61,577 nucleotides of DNA from an uncultured Clostridia bacterium (GTDB lineage Bacteria > Bacillota > Limnochordia > DTU080 > RSA5), in assembly GCA_964424335.1 (NCBI GenBank), contig CAYRIY010000008.1, positions 1 through 61,577 of the forward strand. The letters are read 5' to 3'. A program made the position numbers and the translations under genes. Below the pieces are notes generated by a model. That model was not told the origin of the DNA, did not search any database, and was given only the letters and a program-made list of their open reading frames with translations. Of the stretch, positions 30,607-42,270 are shown one piece after another (within the stretch, counting starts at the first letter, position 1; the number at the start of each line of letters is the position of its first letter).

Positions 30607-32235
30607 TTACCCGGACTGGCCCACTACGTCGACAGGCGCGGCGGGCTCCGCATTGATGCGCATCAGGCCGTACTCGATGCTGTCGACCAACGCACGCCAA
30701 CTCGCCTCGATAATGTTGGTCGAAACGCCGATCGTACCCCAACTGCGACCGCCTTCGGTCGACGTGACGAGGACGCGCACTTTCGCTCCCGTGCCCGCGC
30801 GCTCGTTTAAGACGCGCACTTTGTAGTCGGCGAGCTTGATCCTGGAAATTGCAGGGTACACATACTGCAGCGCCTTCCGAAGCGCCGAATCGAGCGCGTT
30901 GACGGGACCGTTGCCGTCGGCCACCGTGTGAATGATCTGTTCGCCCACCCGCACTTTGATCGAAGCCTCGGCCGCCGGCTCGTCGTCTTGATCCCGCTTG
31001 TCGATGGTCATGCGAAAGCCCACCAGCTCAAAGTAGGGGCGGTAAATCCCGAGCGCCTTCTTTAGGATGAGCTCAAAGCTCCCTTCTGCGCCTTCGAAGT
31101 GGTACCCCTCGTGCTCGAGCTCCTTGACGGTGTTTACCACTTTGCGCAAAGCCGGGGAGTCTTTCTTGAGCTCGACATTGTACTCTTTGGCCTTGTAGAT
31201 GATGTTGCTCGCGCCCGAGAGCTCGGAGACGAGCACCCGCCGCCTGTTTCCTACACGTTCGGGAGGGATGTGTTCGTAGGTCTCCGGATGGCGCAGGAGC
31301 GCCGATACGTGCATTCCGCCTTTGTGGGCGAATACGCTCTGCCCCACAAATGGCTGACGGTTGTCGGGGGGCATGTTCGCAAGCTCGCTCACGTAACGTG
31401 AGAGCTCGGTAAGCTTTTCGACGCTCGCTTCAGGAACGCACGAGATGCCCATCTTGAGCTGAAGGTTGGGGATCACTTGCACGAGGTCGCAGTTGCCGCA
31501 TCGCTCGCCGAATCCGTTGATCGTCCCCTGCACCTGGACTGCGCCTGCCCGCACGGCCGCGAGCGCGTTTGCAACGCCAAGTCCTGAGTCGTTGTGGGTG
31601 TGAATGCCGACGGAGCCGCCAATGAGTTCGACGACGCGGCGCACGCCGTCCTCGATTTCGTGAGGGAGCCGCCCGCCATTTGTGTCGCACAGCACCAGCG
31701 TCCTCGCGCCGGCCCGCTTTGCTGCGCGGAGCGTTTCTAGTGCATACTCGGGATTGGCGCTGTAGCCGTCAAAGAAGTGTTCCGCGTCGTAGATGACTTC
31801 GAGGCCATGCTCGCGCAGGTACGCGATCGTCTCCTCGATCATCTTTACATTCTCTTCGAGCGTCGTTCGAATCGCATTGGTCACATGGAAATCCCATGTC
31901 TTGCCTACGATGGTTGCCACACGGACGCCCGATGCCAGGAGCGATCGGATGTTGTCGTCGTCCTCGACGGCAATGCCCGCACGCCTCGTCATGCTAAAAG
32001 CGGTAAGCACTGCGTTTTCGAGCTCCAGGTCTTTGGCCAGCGCGAAAAACTCAGCGTCCTTTGGATTGGAACCGGGCCATCCGCCCTCGATGAAATGAAT
32101 GCCAAATTGGTCGAGGCGTTGGCAAATCTTGATCTTATCCTCGACGGAAAACGAGATCCCTTCCCCTTGAGTTCCGTCGCGCAAGGTCGTGTCGTAAAGT
32201 TCTACATCGGACCTTATTGGTTTAGTGGCTGCCAA
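30607..32235 (-). CDS. cimA: Citramalate synthase
   Basis: YDTTLRDGTQGEGISFS, EGGWPGSNPKD, YDAEHFFDG, LCDTNGG, HTHND, AHKGGMH. Start TTG near 32235 (ORF open to 32259). Confidence 0.9.
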   Translation of the reverse strand: MAATKPIRSDVELYDTTLRDGTQGEGISFSVEDKIKICQRLDQFGIHFIEGGWPGSNPKDAEFFALAKDLELENAVLTAFSMTRRAGIAVEDDDNIRSLLASGVRVATIVGKTWDFHVTNAIRTTLEENVKMIEETIAYLREHGLEVIYDAEHFFDGYSANPEYALETLRAAKRAGARTLVLCDTNGGRLPHEIEDGVRRVVELIGGSVGIHTHNDSGLGVANALAAVRAGAVQVQGTINGFGERCGNCDLVQVIPNLQLKMGISCVPEASVEKLTELSRYVSELANMPPDNRQPFVGQSVFAHKGGMHVSALLRHPETYEHIPPERVGNRRRVLVSELSGASNIIYKAKEYNVELKKDSPALRKVVNTVKELEHEGYHFEGAEGSFELILKKALGIYRPYFELVGFRMTIDKRDQDDEPAAEASIKVRVGEQIIHTVADGNGPVNALDSALRKALQYVYPAISRIKLADYKVRVLNERAGTGAKVRVLVTSTEGGRSWGTIGVSTNIIEASWRALVDSIEYGLMRINAEPAAPVDVVGQSG

Positions 32236-32293
32236 CGCCCTCACCTCGTATGCCTTCAAGATCTATCGCTTTGCACGACATCGTGCCGCTACT

Positions 32294-33853
32294 CTAAACC
32301 GATGCGGCCCGCTTTCCAACGCTTTGGTCGTCGCCCCCGGCGTTCACCTGGCGATCGTACACCATGCGGTTGATTGCCTGCAGGTACGCCCGAACGCTCG
32401 CCTCGATCACATCGGTGCTCGTGCCTCGCCCGATATACTGATGGCCGTTGTCGCGAATGCGAACGATGACCTCGCCCAGCGCATCAGTGCCGGCCGTTAC
32501 CCCTTGGAGGGAGTAGCTTTCGAGATTGGTCACAAGGCCCGTCACCCGATCGATCGCCCGGTACGCCGCGTCGACGGGACCGTCGCCGGTTGCGGCCTCT
32601 TGGATGACTTCGTCACCCTTGGCGATGCGGACCGTCGCCGTCGATACCGTCGTGTTGCCGGCCGTGACGTGGAGGTATTGCAAATTGAACATCTCCGGCG
32701 ATTGAACGATCTCCTCGTCGACGATGGCTTGAATATCTCTATCCGAGACGTGCTTCTTTTTGTCCGAAAGTGCGATGAATCGCTCGTATGCGCTGTCGAT
32801 GTCTTCTGGGCTGAGCTCGTAGCCGAGCTCCTTTAGGCGCTCTCTAAAGGCGTGCCTTCCCGAATGCTTCCCGAGCACGAGCCTGCTCTTTGGCAGCCCG
32901 ATGGACTGCGGCGTCATGATCTCGTAGGTCGTGGGCTCTTTCAAGAATCCATCCTGGTGGATGCCCGATTCGTGGGCGAAGGCGTTTTCGCCGACGATTG
33001 CCTTGTTGGGCTGGACGGAAATTCCAGTCAAAGCGCTGACGAGTCGGCTGGTGCGGTAGATGTGCTCGGTTTGAATCTTCGTATCGATGCCGTAATGATC
33101 CTGCCGCGTCCTCAGGGCCATCACGATCTCTTCCATTGCGGCGTTGCCCGCCCGCTCGCCGAGGCCGTTGATCGTGCATTCGATTTGGGTCGCTCCGGCT
33201 GCAGCGGCAGCAAGTGAGTTAGCCACCGCAAGGCCGAGGTCGTTGTGGCAATGAACGCTGATGACCGCTTTCTCGATCCCCGGCGTGTTTGCCAAAACGT
33301 ATTTGATCAAGCGCTCAAACTCCGACGGAGTCGTGTAACCGACCGTGTCCGGTATGTTGATCGTCGTGGCGCCTGCCTCGATGGCAACGCCGAAGACTTT
33401 GGTGAGAAAGTCCCAGTCGCTGCGCGTGGCGTCTTCCGCGGAGAACTCGACGTCGTCCACATACTTGCGAGCCAGGCGGACGGCGCTTTGTGCGAGTTCC
33501 ACCACTTCGTCCGGCTCTTTGCGCAGCTTGTACTTCATGTGGATCTCGGACGTCGCGATAAACGTGTGAATCCTTGGCTTTTCGGCCGGTTCCACGGCCG
33601 CGGCGGCTCGCTCGATGTCCTTTGGCAACACGCGGGCGAGTCCCGCAATGATCGGACCTTTGATGTTCTTTGCAACGGCGCGCACCGCCTCGAAATCCCC
33701 CGGGGAGGCAATCGGAAAACCGGCTTCAATCACATCGACGTTAAGCTGCGCTAGGTGCCGGGCGATCTCCAGCTTCTCTTCGGTGTTTAGATTGACCCCA
33801 GGAGACTGTTCACCATCGCGGAGCGTCGTATCGAAGATGCGAATGTGGTTCAT
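32294..33853 (-). CDS. leuA: 2-isopropylmalate synthase
   Basis: [50 protein letters not shown]-terminal regulatory domain (GDGPVDA). Confidence 0.96.
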   Translation of the reverse strand: MNHIRIFDTTLRDGEQSPGVNLNTEEKLEIARHLAQLNVDVIEAGFPIASPGDFEAVRAVAKNIKGPIIAGLARVLPKDIERAAAAVEPAEKPRIHTFIATSEIHMKYKLRKEPDEVVELAQSAVRLARKYVDDVEFSAEDATRSDWDFLTKVFGVAIEAGATTINIPDTVGYTTPSEFERLIKYVLANTPGIEKAVISVHCHNDLGLAVANSLAAAAAGATQIECTINGLGERAGNAAMEEIVMALRTRQDHYGIDTKIQTEHIYRTSRLVSALTGISVQPNKAIVGENAFAHESGIHQDGFLKEPTTYEIMTPQSIGLPKSRLVLGKHSGRHAFRERLKELGYELSPEDIDSAYERFIALSDKKKHVSDRDIQAIVDEEIVQSPEMFNLQYLHVTAGNTTVSTATVRIAKGDEVIQEAATGDGPVDAAYRAIDRVTGLVTNLESYSLQGVTAGTDALGEVIVRIRDNGHQYIGRGTSTDVIEASVRAYLQAINRMVYDRQVNAGGDDQSVGKRAASV

Positions 33854-33919
33854 GTTTCATCCCCCTAATAAGGCTTCGCTGCCCTTAAGAACACGTCCAA
33901 ACATTACGTGCGCCCGAAC

Positions 33920-35509
33920 CTACCACTCTACAAACCGCACATCTTTGAGGTAATCGAGGCCCCTGAGCCGCTCTTTGACCTCGTCGCTAAGGTGCGTGTC
34001 GATGCCGAGCACCATGACTGCGTAGGCCCCTACCTCTTTACGCCCGACCTGCATGAAGCCGATGTTCACGCCGTGTTCGCCAAGGAGCGTGCCAACGCTC
34101 CCGATGATCCCCGGGCGATCGATGTTGTACGCGACGAGCGCCCGGCCTTCCGTCGGCACGTTCACGGCGTTGCCGTCGATCTCGGTCAGGATCGGTGACG
34201 TCTCTCGAACGAGGCCGCCCGAGACCGACCGCTCCCGATCCCCCGACCGAAGCCGGACGGTGACGGGGTCGGCGCCTCCATTCGCGCCTTGCTCCTTGGT
34301 GACCGCGATGCGCATCTGGCGCTCGGCCGCCAATGTCCGAGCATTGACGTAGTTTACCTGCTCGATCAATATCGGGGCGAGCATTCCCTTGATGAGACCG
34401 GCCGTCAGCGCCTCTTCGTCGAATGCGGCGGCCTTGCCGCGGTAAATGATCTCGATCCGATTGAACTGGCCGCCAAAGACGTGTGTGATGAAATGGCCCA
34501 TTCGCTCGCAAAGCGTGAGGTATGGCGCAAGGCCGTCGACGCCCGCCGCCCGCAAGGCTGGGGCGTTGATCGCATTCGGCACGGGCTGACCTTGGAGCGC
34601 GCGCACGACGGCGTCGACCGTATCTACTGCGACGTTGATCTGCGCCTCGTGGGTCGATGCCCCCAGGTGCGGCGTCGCAATCACCTGCTCCAATGTGAGC
34701 AGCGGATTGTCAATCGGGGGTTCGTCGACGAAGACATCGAGCGCCGCCCCCGCCACTTTTCCGCTTACGATTGCATTGTACAGAGCGGTTTCGTCGATAA
34801 TGCCGCCTCTGGCACAGTTCACGATCCGCACGCCATCTTTCATGAGCTCAAACTCTTTGCTCGAGATGAGGCCGTTCGTCTCTTTGGTAAGAGGCGTGTG
34901 AACCGTGATGAAATCGGCCGCGCGGCAGATCTCTTCGACGGTAGCGACCGTCACGCCCAGCTTTTTCGCGCGGTCCTCGCTAATGAAGGGGTCGTAGCCC
35001 ATGATCTCCATGCCGAGGGCCGCCCCGCGCCGCGCGACCTCGCTTCCTACTCGGCCAAGCCCAAGCACGCCCAGGACCTTTCCTGCGAGTTGCACGCCCA
35101 CGTAGTGTTTGCGATCCCAGACCTTGTCCCGCACGAGGCGGGCGTAGCTTTGCGGTATCGACCTGGCGAGGGCCGCCATCATCGCGATCGTGTGCTCGGC
35201 GGTCGACACCGTATTCCCTTCGGGTGAGTTGATCACGGCAATGCCGCGCTTGGTTGCCGCATTGAGGTCGATGTTGTCGACGCCCACGCCCGCACGACCG
35301 ATCACGCGCAAAGACGTAGCTGCCTCGATCAACTCCCGGTCTACCCGAGTCGAGCTGCGGACGATCAACCCGTCGTACGCGCCAATGCGCGCTAAGAGCT
35401 CCTCGCGGCTCCACTCATGACCGAGCGTCACTTCGACGCCTTCGCTTGCGTTCAGGCGTTCGATACCTTCCTCTGCCAAAGAATCGCTTACGAGCACCCT
35501 TACAGCCAC
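33920..35509 (-). CDS. serA: D-3-phosphoglycerate dehydrogenase (ASB+ACT type)
   Basis: GRAGVGVDNID, GLGRVG, NCARGG, TPHLGAST.EAQ, ACT domain DRPGIIG. Confidence 0.95.
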   Translation of the reverse strand: MAVRVLVSDSLAEEGIERLNASEGVEVTLGHEWSREELLARIGAYDGLIVRSSTRVDRELIEAATSLRVIGRAGVGVDNIDLNAATKRGIAVINSPEGNTVSTAEHTIAMMAALARSIPQSYARLVRDKVWDRKHYVGVQLAGKVLGVLGLGRVGSEVARRGAALGMEIMGYDPFISEDRAKKLGVTVATVEEICRAADFITVHTPLTKETNGLISSKEFELMKDGVRIVNCARGGIIDETALYNAIVSGKVAGAALDVFVDEPPIDNPLLTLEQVIATPHLGASTHEAQINVAVDTVDAVVRALQGQPVPNAINAPALRAAGVDGLAPYLTLCERMGHFITHVFGGQFNRIEIIYRGKAAAFDEEALTAGLIKGMLAPILIEQVNYVNARTLAAERQMRIAVTKEQGANGGADPVTVRLRSGDRERSVSGGLVRETSPILTEIDGNAVNVPTEGRALVAYNIDRPGIIGSVGTLLGEHGVNIGFMQVGRKEVGAYAVMVLGIDTHLSDEVKERLRGLDYLKDVRFVEW

Positions 35510-36654
35510 GAGCGCCACACCTCCATCGCAGCGGTCGTTCCGCGGCCAAGGACGCCCCGGGCGCCGACCGCCTCCATCCCAAGCTCGACCGCAGCGAGCG
35601 TCGCCACCATGTCAAGGGGCGTTGCAGCGCCCATGTGCCCGATGCGAAATATCTCGCCCTTCAGCTCACCTTGACCGCCCGAGAGAACGACGCCGGTCCG
35701 CTCTTTCACGGCCTTTCGCATCGCCTCGATATCCACATTGCCGCCGCTTGCCGCGGTCAACGTCGGAGAAGCCCACCGATCGGAGACGTAGAGGCGAAAT
35801 CCGAGCGCGGCAAGTCCGGCCCGAACCATCTCTTTCATCAACTGGTGCCTCTTGAATCGGCGCTCTGCGCCCTCCTCCTCGAGCATGCAAAGGCTCTCTT
35901 GCAGGCCGCGCACGAGCGAAACCGCGGGCGTGTAGGGCGTCTCCCCGCCTCTGAGCGACTTTTGATACCGGAACCAATCGGCGTAGTACGCCCCTTTCGC
36001 ATTCGCTCTCGCCTTGGCCTTCTCCCAAGCTCGCTCGCCTACGGCTACAAACGCAAGGCCCGGCGGAAGCATCAAGCACTTTTGAGAGCCGGTGACCACG
36101 ACATCGACGCCCCACTCGTCCATCGGCAGCGGCGTCCCTCCGAGGCTGCTCACCGCATCGACGACCAGGACGACGCCTGCCGCACGCGCCTTGGCGGCCA
36201 GCCCTCGGATATCGTTCATGACTGCCGTGGACGACTCGTTTTGGGTCACAAAAGCGGTTCGCGCCTCGGGATGGTCTTTGAGCGCCTGCTCAAACACCGA
36301 AGGTTCCAGACCTTCGCCGTACGGGTACTCGACGACGATCGGCCGGGCCCCAAACGCCTCGACGATCTCAACCCAGCGCTCCCCAAACTTCCCACCGACC
36401 GCGACCACGCACGGCTCGCCGGGCGCGAGTAGATTGGAGACGGCGGATTCCATTCCCAAAGTGCCCGAACCGGCCATGACGAGCACATCGGAGGAGGTGA
36501 CGAAGAGGCGTTTGAGGCCCTCTTGCACCTCTTTGAAAATCTTCACGAAGTCCGAGCTCCGGTGCCCGATCATCGGCTGTGCGATCGCGCTGATGACGCG
36601 CTCCGGAACTGGCGTAGGTCCCGGAATTCTAAGCAACTTGTCTCCCGAAAACAA
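35500..36654 (-). CDS. Class V PLP aminotransferase (alanine-glyoxylate/serine-pyruvate family; probable phosphoserine aminotransferase)
   Basis: LRIPGPTP, GSGTLGME, NESST, VDAVSS, GSQKCLMLPPG, FRIGHMG; overlaps the serA start. Confidence 0.9.
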   Translation of the reverse strand: MFSGDKLLRIPGPTPVPERVISAIAQPMIGHRSSDFVKIFKEVQEGLKRLFVTSSDVLVMAGSGTLGMESAVSNLLAPGEPCVVAVGGKFGERWVEIVEAFGARPIVVEYPYGEGLEPSVFEQALKDHPEARTAFVTQNESSTAVMNDIRGLAAKARAAGVVLVVDAVSSLGGTPLPMDEWGVDVVVTGSQKCLMLPPGLAFVAVGERAWEKAKARANAKGAYYADWFRYQKSLRGGETPYTPAVSLVRGLQESLCMLEEEGAERRFKRHQLMKEMVRAGLAALGFRLYVSDRWASPTLTAASGGNVDIEAMRKAVKERTGVVLSGGQGELKGEIFRIGHMGAATPLDMVATLAAVELGMEAVGARGVLGRGTTAAMEVWRSWL

Positions 36655-36766
36655 ATGGGCCTCCCCCTACGGCAACCGGCCTATCAAGGCGGCGCCGGTT
36701 TGCCGGCGGCGCCGCCTAGGTTTGATCATGAATTCAGCTTACAAATGAGCTTTGAGAAAGGCGGCG

Positions 36767-37825
<1,059 letters not shown>

Positions 37826-37872
37826 CTAAGAGCCGTGATTTCGTGTCGCCGGTCTTTTAGGTCAAGCTTGAA

Positions 37873-37896
37873 GCCCCTCCGACAAATCGGAGGGGC
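37873..37896. other. Perfect 10-bp stem-loop in the ilvN-ilvC spacer
   Basis: GCCCCTCCGA-caaa-TCGGAGGGGC, with no strong U tract on either strand. Confidence 0.7.
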
Positions 37897-38000
37897 CGGT
37901 GGTTTTACAAGCGTAAAAACCCCAAAAGCCGTCGTTTTCGAAAGGTCCGAATGTCTAGCTCGCACATCGCCGGGCAAGGCCGCATTTTGCGGCCATCCCG

Positions 38001-38516
38001 TCAGGCCGTTGCGGTCGCGCCGCGCTGCACCGGCTCGGGCCTTGTTCCCCGAGCCATGGCGATCTTGCCCGTACGGACGAGCTCTTTGATGCCGAAGGGC
38101 CGGAGCATGCGCACCATCGCATTCACTTTGCCTTCGTCACCCGTCACCTCGACGATCACCGACCGCTCGCTCACGTCGACGATCTTTGCCCTGAAAATGT
38201 CGACGATCTGCAGTATTTCAGCCCGATTGCCGGCGTCGGCCGTCACCTTGATCATGGCGAGTTCCCGGTCGACCATGTCGTCATGGGTGAGGTCGCTTAC
38301 CTTCAAGACCTCGATCAACTTGTGCACATTCTTGGTGATCTGCTCGACGTTGACCTTTTCTCCATCGACGACGATGGTCATGCGCGAGATCGAAGGATCC
38401 TCGGTCTCGCCTACGGCGATGCTTTCGATGTTGTACCCCCTGCGGCTAAAGAGGCCCGCGACGCGTGCGAGGACGCCAGGTTGATTTTCTACGAGGATGG
38501 ATAGCGTGTGCTTCAC
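38001..38516 (-). CDS. ilvN: Acetolactate synthase small subunit
   Basis: [48 protein letters not shown] 38516 overlaps the ilvB stop. Confidence 0.95.
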   Translation of the reverse strand: MKHTLSILVENQPGVLARVAGLFSRRGYNIESIAVGETEDPSISRMTIVVDGEKVNVEQITKNVHKLIEVLKVSDLTHDDMVDRELAMIKVTADAGNRAEILQIVDIFRAKIVDVSERSVIVEVTGDEGKVNAMVRMLRPFGIKELVRTGKIAMARGTRPEPVQRGATATA

Positions 38517-40252
38517 GAGTCGAGTCTCCCCTTCTTGCCGATCATGTCGGCGACGCTCTTGCCTGCGGGAATCATCGGCAGGACGCACTCTTCTTCGTCG
38601 ACGTGAATGTCGATCAAGACAGGTCCGTCGATACTCGCCGCCTTCTCCAATGTCGCACGGAGCTCCTCGGGCTTTGTGCACCGCAGGCCCGGCACGTCGT
38701 AGGCCTCCGCGAGCTTGACGAAATCCGGATTGTCATGCAGATCCGAATGTGAGTAGCGCCTGTTGAACATGAGCTCTTGCCACTGGCGCACCATCCCCAA
38801 GTAGAAGTTGTTGATGATCGCAATCTTGACGGGGACGTTGTAATTTTTGGCCGTCGAAAGCTCCTGGGCCGTCATTTGGAAACCGCCGTCTCCAGTGATC
38901 GACCAGACCTGCAGGTCCGGCCGTGCGAAGGCAGCTCCGACCGCCGCCGGAAAGCCGTACCCCATCGTGCCAAGTCCGCCGGATGAGATGTGCCGACGCG
39001 GCTCGGCAAACTTGTAATACTGGGCAAGCCACATCTGGTGTTGGCCAACGTCCGCCGTACAGATCGCCTGGCCCTTGGTCACATGGTAGATCTCTTCGAT
39101 CACCCGCTGTGGGCTGATCACGCCGGGCTTTTCAAAGTAGACGAGCGGATACTCCCGCTTCCACTCCTCGATTTGAGCGAGCCACTCGTCTTCGCGCTTT
39201 TCGCGCACCTTTTCGACGAGCGACTGCAGGACCGACTTGCAGTCGCCGACGATCGGAATGTCCGCAACCCGGTTTTTTCCGATCTCGGCGGGGTCGATGT
39301 CGATGTGGATCACTTTGGCGTGGGGCGCAAACTTGCTCAAATCGCCGGTGACCCGGTCGTCAAAGCGCGCCCCCACGGCGATGAGCAGGTCCGCCTCGTT
39401 GACGGCGTAGTTGGCGTACACCGTGCCGTGCATGCCGAGCATGCCCAGGGAGAGCGGATGATCGCCGGGGAAGCAGCCAAGCCCCATCAGCGTCATCGTC
39501 GTTGGGAGGCTCGCCTTCTCTGCCAGCATCCGGAGTTCTTCGGACGCCTCGCTCGCGACCACGCCGCCCCCGGCGTAGAGCACGGGCCGCTTGGCGGCGC
39601 CGATCGCCCGCGCCGCCTCGAGGATTTGCCTGATGTGACCGCGGGTGGTCGGCCGATACCCTTTCAAATCGACCGTCTGGGGGTACTCAAACTCGATTTC
39701 CTCGAGTGATACGTCCTTTGGAATATCGACCAACACCGGACCGGGACGGCCGGTCTTTGCGATGTGGAACGCCTCTTTGATGACACGAGGCAGATCCTTG
39801 GCATCGCGCACGAGGAAGTTGTGCTTGGTGATCGGCAAGGTAATCCCCGTGATGTCCGCCTCTTGGAAGGCGTCCGACCCGATCGCGGCCGTAGAGACGT
39901 TGCCCGTGAACGCGACCATCGGGATCGAGTCCATCCACGCCGTGGCAAGGCCCGTCACCAAGTTAGTGGCGCCGGGTCCTGACGTCGCGAGGCAAACGCC
40001 CGGCTTTCCCGTCGCTCGGGCGTAACCGTCGGCCATGTGCGCCGCGCCTTGCTCGTGACGAACGAGAATGTGCCTGACCTTGCCCTCGTAAAGCGAATCG
40101 TAGATCGGAAGCAATACACCTCCGGGGTAGCCGAAAATGACGTCGACACCTTCGGCCAGTAAGCACTCCACAAACGCGTCCGCCGCCTTCATACGTACCG
40201 GGGCGGCCTTTCGCACACTCTCGTCTTTCCTGGCCCATTCCACTGCCGCCAT
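38513..40252 (-). CDS. ilvB: Acetolactate synthase large subunit
   Basis: [49 protein letters not shown]. Confidence 0.97.
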   Translation of the reverse strand: MAAVEWARKDESVRKAAPVRMKAADAFVECLLAEGVDVIFGYPGGVLLPIYDSLYEGKVRHILVRHEQGAAHMADGYARATGKPGVCLATSGPGATNLVTGLATAWMDSIPMVAFTGNVSTAAIGSDAFQEADITGITLPITKHNFLVRDAKDLPRVIKEAFHIAKTGRPGPVLVDIPKDVSLEEIEFEYPQTVDLKGYRPTTRGHIRQILEAARAIGAAKRPVLYAGGGVVASEASEELRMLAEKASLPTTMTLMGLGCFPGDHPLSLGMLGMHGTVYANYAVNEADLLIAVGARFDDRVTGDLSKFAPHAKVIHIDIDPAEIGKNRVADIPIVGDCKSVLQSLVEKVREKREDEWLAQIEEWKREYPLVYFEKPGVISPQRVIEEIYHVTKGQAICTADVGQHQMWLAQYYKFAEPRRHISSGGLGTMGYGFPAAVGAAFARPDLQVWSITGDGGFQMTAQELSTAKNYNVPVKIAIINNFYLGMVRQWQELMFNRRYSHSDLHDNPDFVKLAEAYDVPGLRCTKPEELRATLEKAASIDGPVLIDIHVDEEECVLPMIPAGKSVADMIGKKGRLDS

Positions 40253-40328
40253 TTGTAAATCCCTCCGAAAATCCATCTTCTACGATCCGCACGACTCGTT
40301 GTTCAACGTTATTCAGGGCCCAATAATG

Positions 40329-40692
40329 AAAAAACCCTCGATCCTCGGCAAATACGATTCACCAGGGACGAGAGGTCTTTTACAAAGGAACCTTTCGCGG
40401 TACCACCCGACTTCGCCGACGCCTCACGGCGGCGGCCTCGGCGCTTGCACGACGAATCACTCGTCGACAAGCTGGTACGTTAACGGGTACCGCGTCCCAC
40501 ACTGCAACGTGTATGGACTTGACCGGCCTAGTCTACTTGGCGAGCGCCTCGACCGCGGACACCCCGAGGCAGCGCCCGGCTTTCGACCGGCTGCTCAGAA
40601 GCGAGTTCGACAGGGGTCGGCGCCGGCTCTCACCAATGCCCGGCTCGCTAGGGACCGACGTTTACACCGCCTACTACTCTTCGTCATCGCGT
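40329..40692 (-). ncRNA. T-box riboswitch, Leu specifier (CUC)
   Basis: GCGATGA/TGAGC GA motif, AGTA/GAA loop E, AGCGAG bulge, GGTGAGA apical loop, GAA-CTC-G specifier (40603-40605), GGGTGGTACCGCG T-box (40396-40408), terminator ending in a T run. Confidence 0.92.
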
Positions 40693-40735
40693 TTATCGCA
40701 TATTGACCGTTGGATACCTTTGTAGTATCGGCTTT

Positions 40736-40765
40736 AGAATATCGAAGTCTCGATCCCAATGTCAA
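40736..40765 (-). promoter_or_regulatory. SigA promoter of the ilv-leu leader
   Basis: Minus strand TTGACA-18 nt-TATTCT. Confidence 0.7.
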
Positions 40766-40815
40766 GGATTTTCGTCACTTTGCCTGTTCTTGTGAGCGCG
40801 GCTGATTCGTCCCAA

Positions 40816-41277
40816 TTAATACCTCTTCTTGAGGACGCCTTCGAGTCTGCGTCCAAAAGCCGCGGCGTCGCTTTTCGAACTTAGGCTGGCAAAGTCTTGC
40901 ACCCAAGCGCCTTGACGCTCAAGGAGCGCCATCAGCCGCCTCTGGGCCTTACCGACGCCGAAGAGACCGCCCGAAACGAAGACCGCCGCTTGCTTGCCTT
41001 CCAATCGGCTGCAGCGCCGCACCGATGAATCGACATCTTCGGCAAAGCGCCCGCCAAACAGGCCGAGCACCGGGGAGCCGACGCAAATGAGGTCGTACGG
41101 CGCAGTTACGATAGTGTCCGAGCCCGTGCGGGCCTCCATGAGCTGCACGTCGACGGATGCTGCGCGCAAACCCTCGGCCACCGCCTGCGCGAGCTGGGTA
41201 ATCTTTGGAGTGCTGCTGTAGATGATCAACGCTCGCACAGCCGATCCATCGCCTCCGGTCTCTATAGCATTGATCAA
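40816..41277 (-). CDS. Flavodoxin-fold protein with a degenerate FMN loop
   Basis: ALIIYSS..LAQAVAEGL, YDLICVGSP, LEGKQAAVF; lacks the canonical SxTGNT loop. Start 41277 (overlapping the prs stop) or GTG 41238. Confidence 0.7.
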   Translation of the reverse strand: MINAIETGGDGSAVRALIIYSSTPKITQLAQAVAEGLRAASVDVQLMEARTGSDTIVTAPYDLICVGSPVLGLFGGRFAEDVDSSVRRCSRLEGKQAAVFVSGGLFGVGKAQRRLMALLERQGAWVQDFASLSSKSDAAAFGRRLEGVLKKRY

Positions 41278-42242
41278 AAGCCGAAACTGCTCTGCCCTGC
41301 TGGAACTTCAAAAAGCGTGCTCAACGATCCTCCCGAATGGATCCGGGAAATCGCCTCCGCAAAGAGCGGCGCAACCGATAATACCGTGATGATCGGATGC
41401 TGCTTGCCATAGGAGATCGGCAAGGAATTGGTGACGACAAGTTCCTTGAGGCCGACCGAGTGGAGGCGTTCGGCCGCGTTTCCGGACAAAACGGCGTGCG
41501 TTACGGACGCATACACCTCGCGGGCTCCGTGGCCGGTCACTGTCCGGACGGCCTGCGCCAGCGAGCCCCCCGAACTCACTTCGTCATCGACGATGAGCGC
41601 TCGCATCCCCTTTACGTCCCCGATCAAGTGGTCTGCGACCGCGTTTTCGTCATTGCCGACGCGCCTTTTGTCTATGATCGCCATCGGCGCCTTGAGAAGA
41701 TCCGCGTACGAGCGGGCCATCTTGGCACGTCCCGCATCGGGGGCGACGACGACGAGGTCATTCCATTCCCGCTTTCTAAAGTGTTCCGCCATGATCGGTA
41801 TCGCGGTCAAATGGTCGACCGGAATCCGAAAAAACCCTTGGATCTGTGCGGCGTGGAGGTCCATGGTCAGGATGCGGTTGGTGCCGGCCACTTCGAGCAC
41901 GTCAGCGATGAGCCGTGCGGTGATGGGAATGCGCGGCTGATCCTTTTTGTCTGAGCGCGCGTAAGGAAAATAAGGGACGACTGCCGTGATCCGCCGGATC
42001 GAAGCCCGCTTGAGGGCGTCGATCATGATCAGGAGCTCCATGAATCCGTCGTTTACCGGATGGCAAGACGGCTGAATGACGTAGACATCATCTTCTCGGA
42101 CGTTCTCGTTGATCTTGACGAACGTGTTGTCGTTGCTGAACTTGAAAATATCCGCAGCTCCCAGGTTTACGCCCAGGTGCCGACAGACCTCGCGGGCAAA
42201 CTCGGGGTGAGCGCGACCCGAAAAGACCTTGAGGTTGAACAC
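41274..42242 (-). CDS. prs: Ribose-phosphate pyrophosphokinase (divergent paralog)
   Basis: ENVRE.DV, MELLIMIDALKRAS, PYARSDKK, MDLHAAQIQGFF, VAPDAG, IDKRR; PRPP loop reads DDEVSSGGS. Confidence 0.92.
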   Translation of the reverse strand: MFNLKVFSGRAHPEFAREVCRHLGVNLGAADIFKFSNDNTFVKINENVREDDVYVIQPSCHPVNDGFMELLIMIDALKRASIRRITAVVPYFPYARSDKKDQPRIPITARLIADVLEVAGTNRILTMDLHAAQIQGFFRIPVDHLTAIPIMAEHFRKREWNDLVVVAPDAGRAKMARSYADLLKAPMAIIDKRRVGNDENAVADHLIGDVKGMRALIVDDEVSSGGSLAQAVRTVTGHGAREVYASVTHAVLSGNAAERLHSVGLKELVVTNSLPISYGKQHPIITVLSVAPLFAEAISRIHSGGSLSTLFEVPAGQSSFGF

Positions 42243-42270
42243 GGCACGGCCCCCTAGGTTTTACGTTCGC

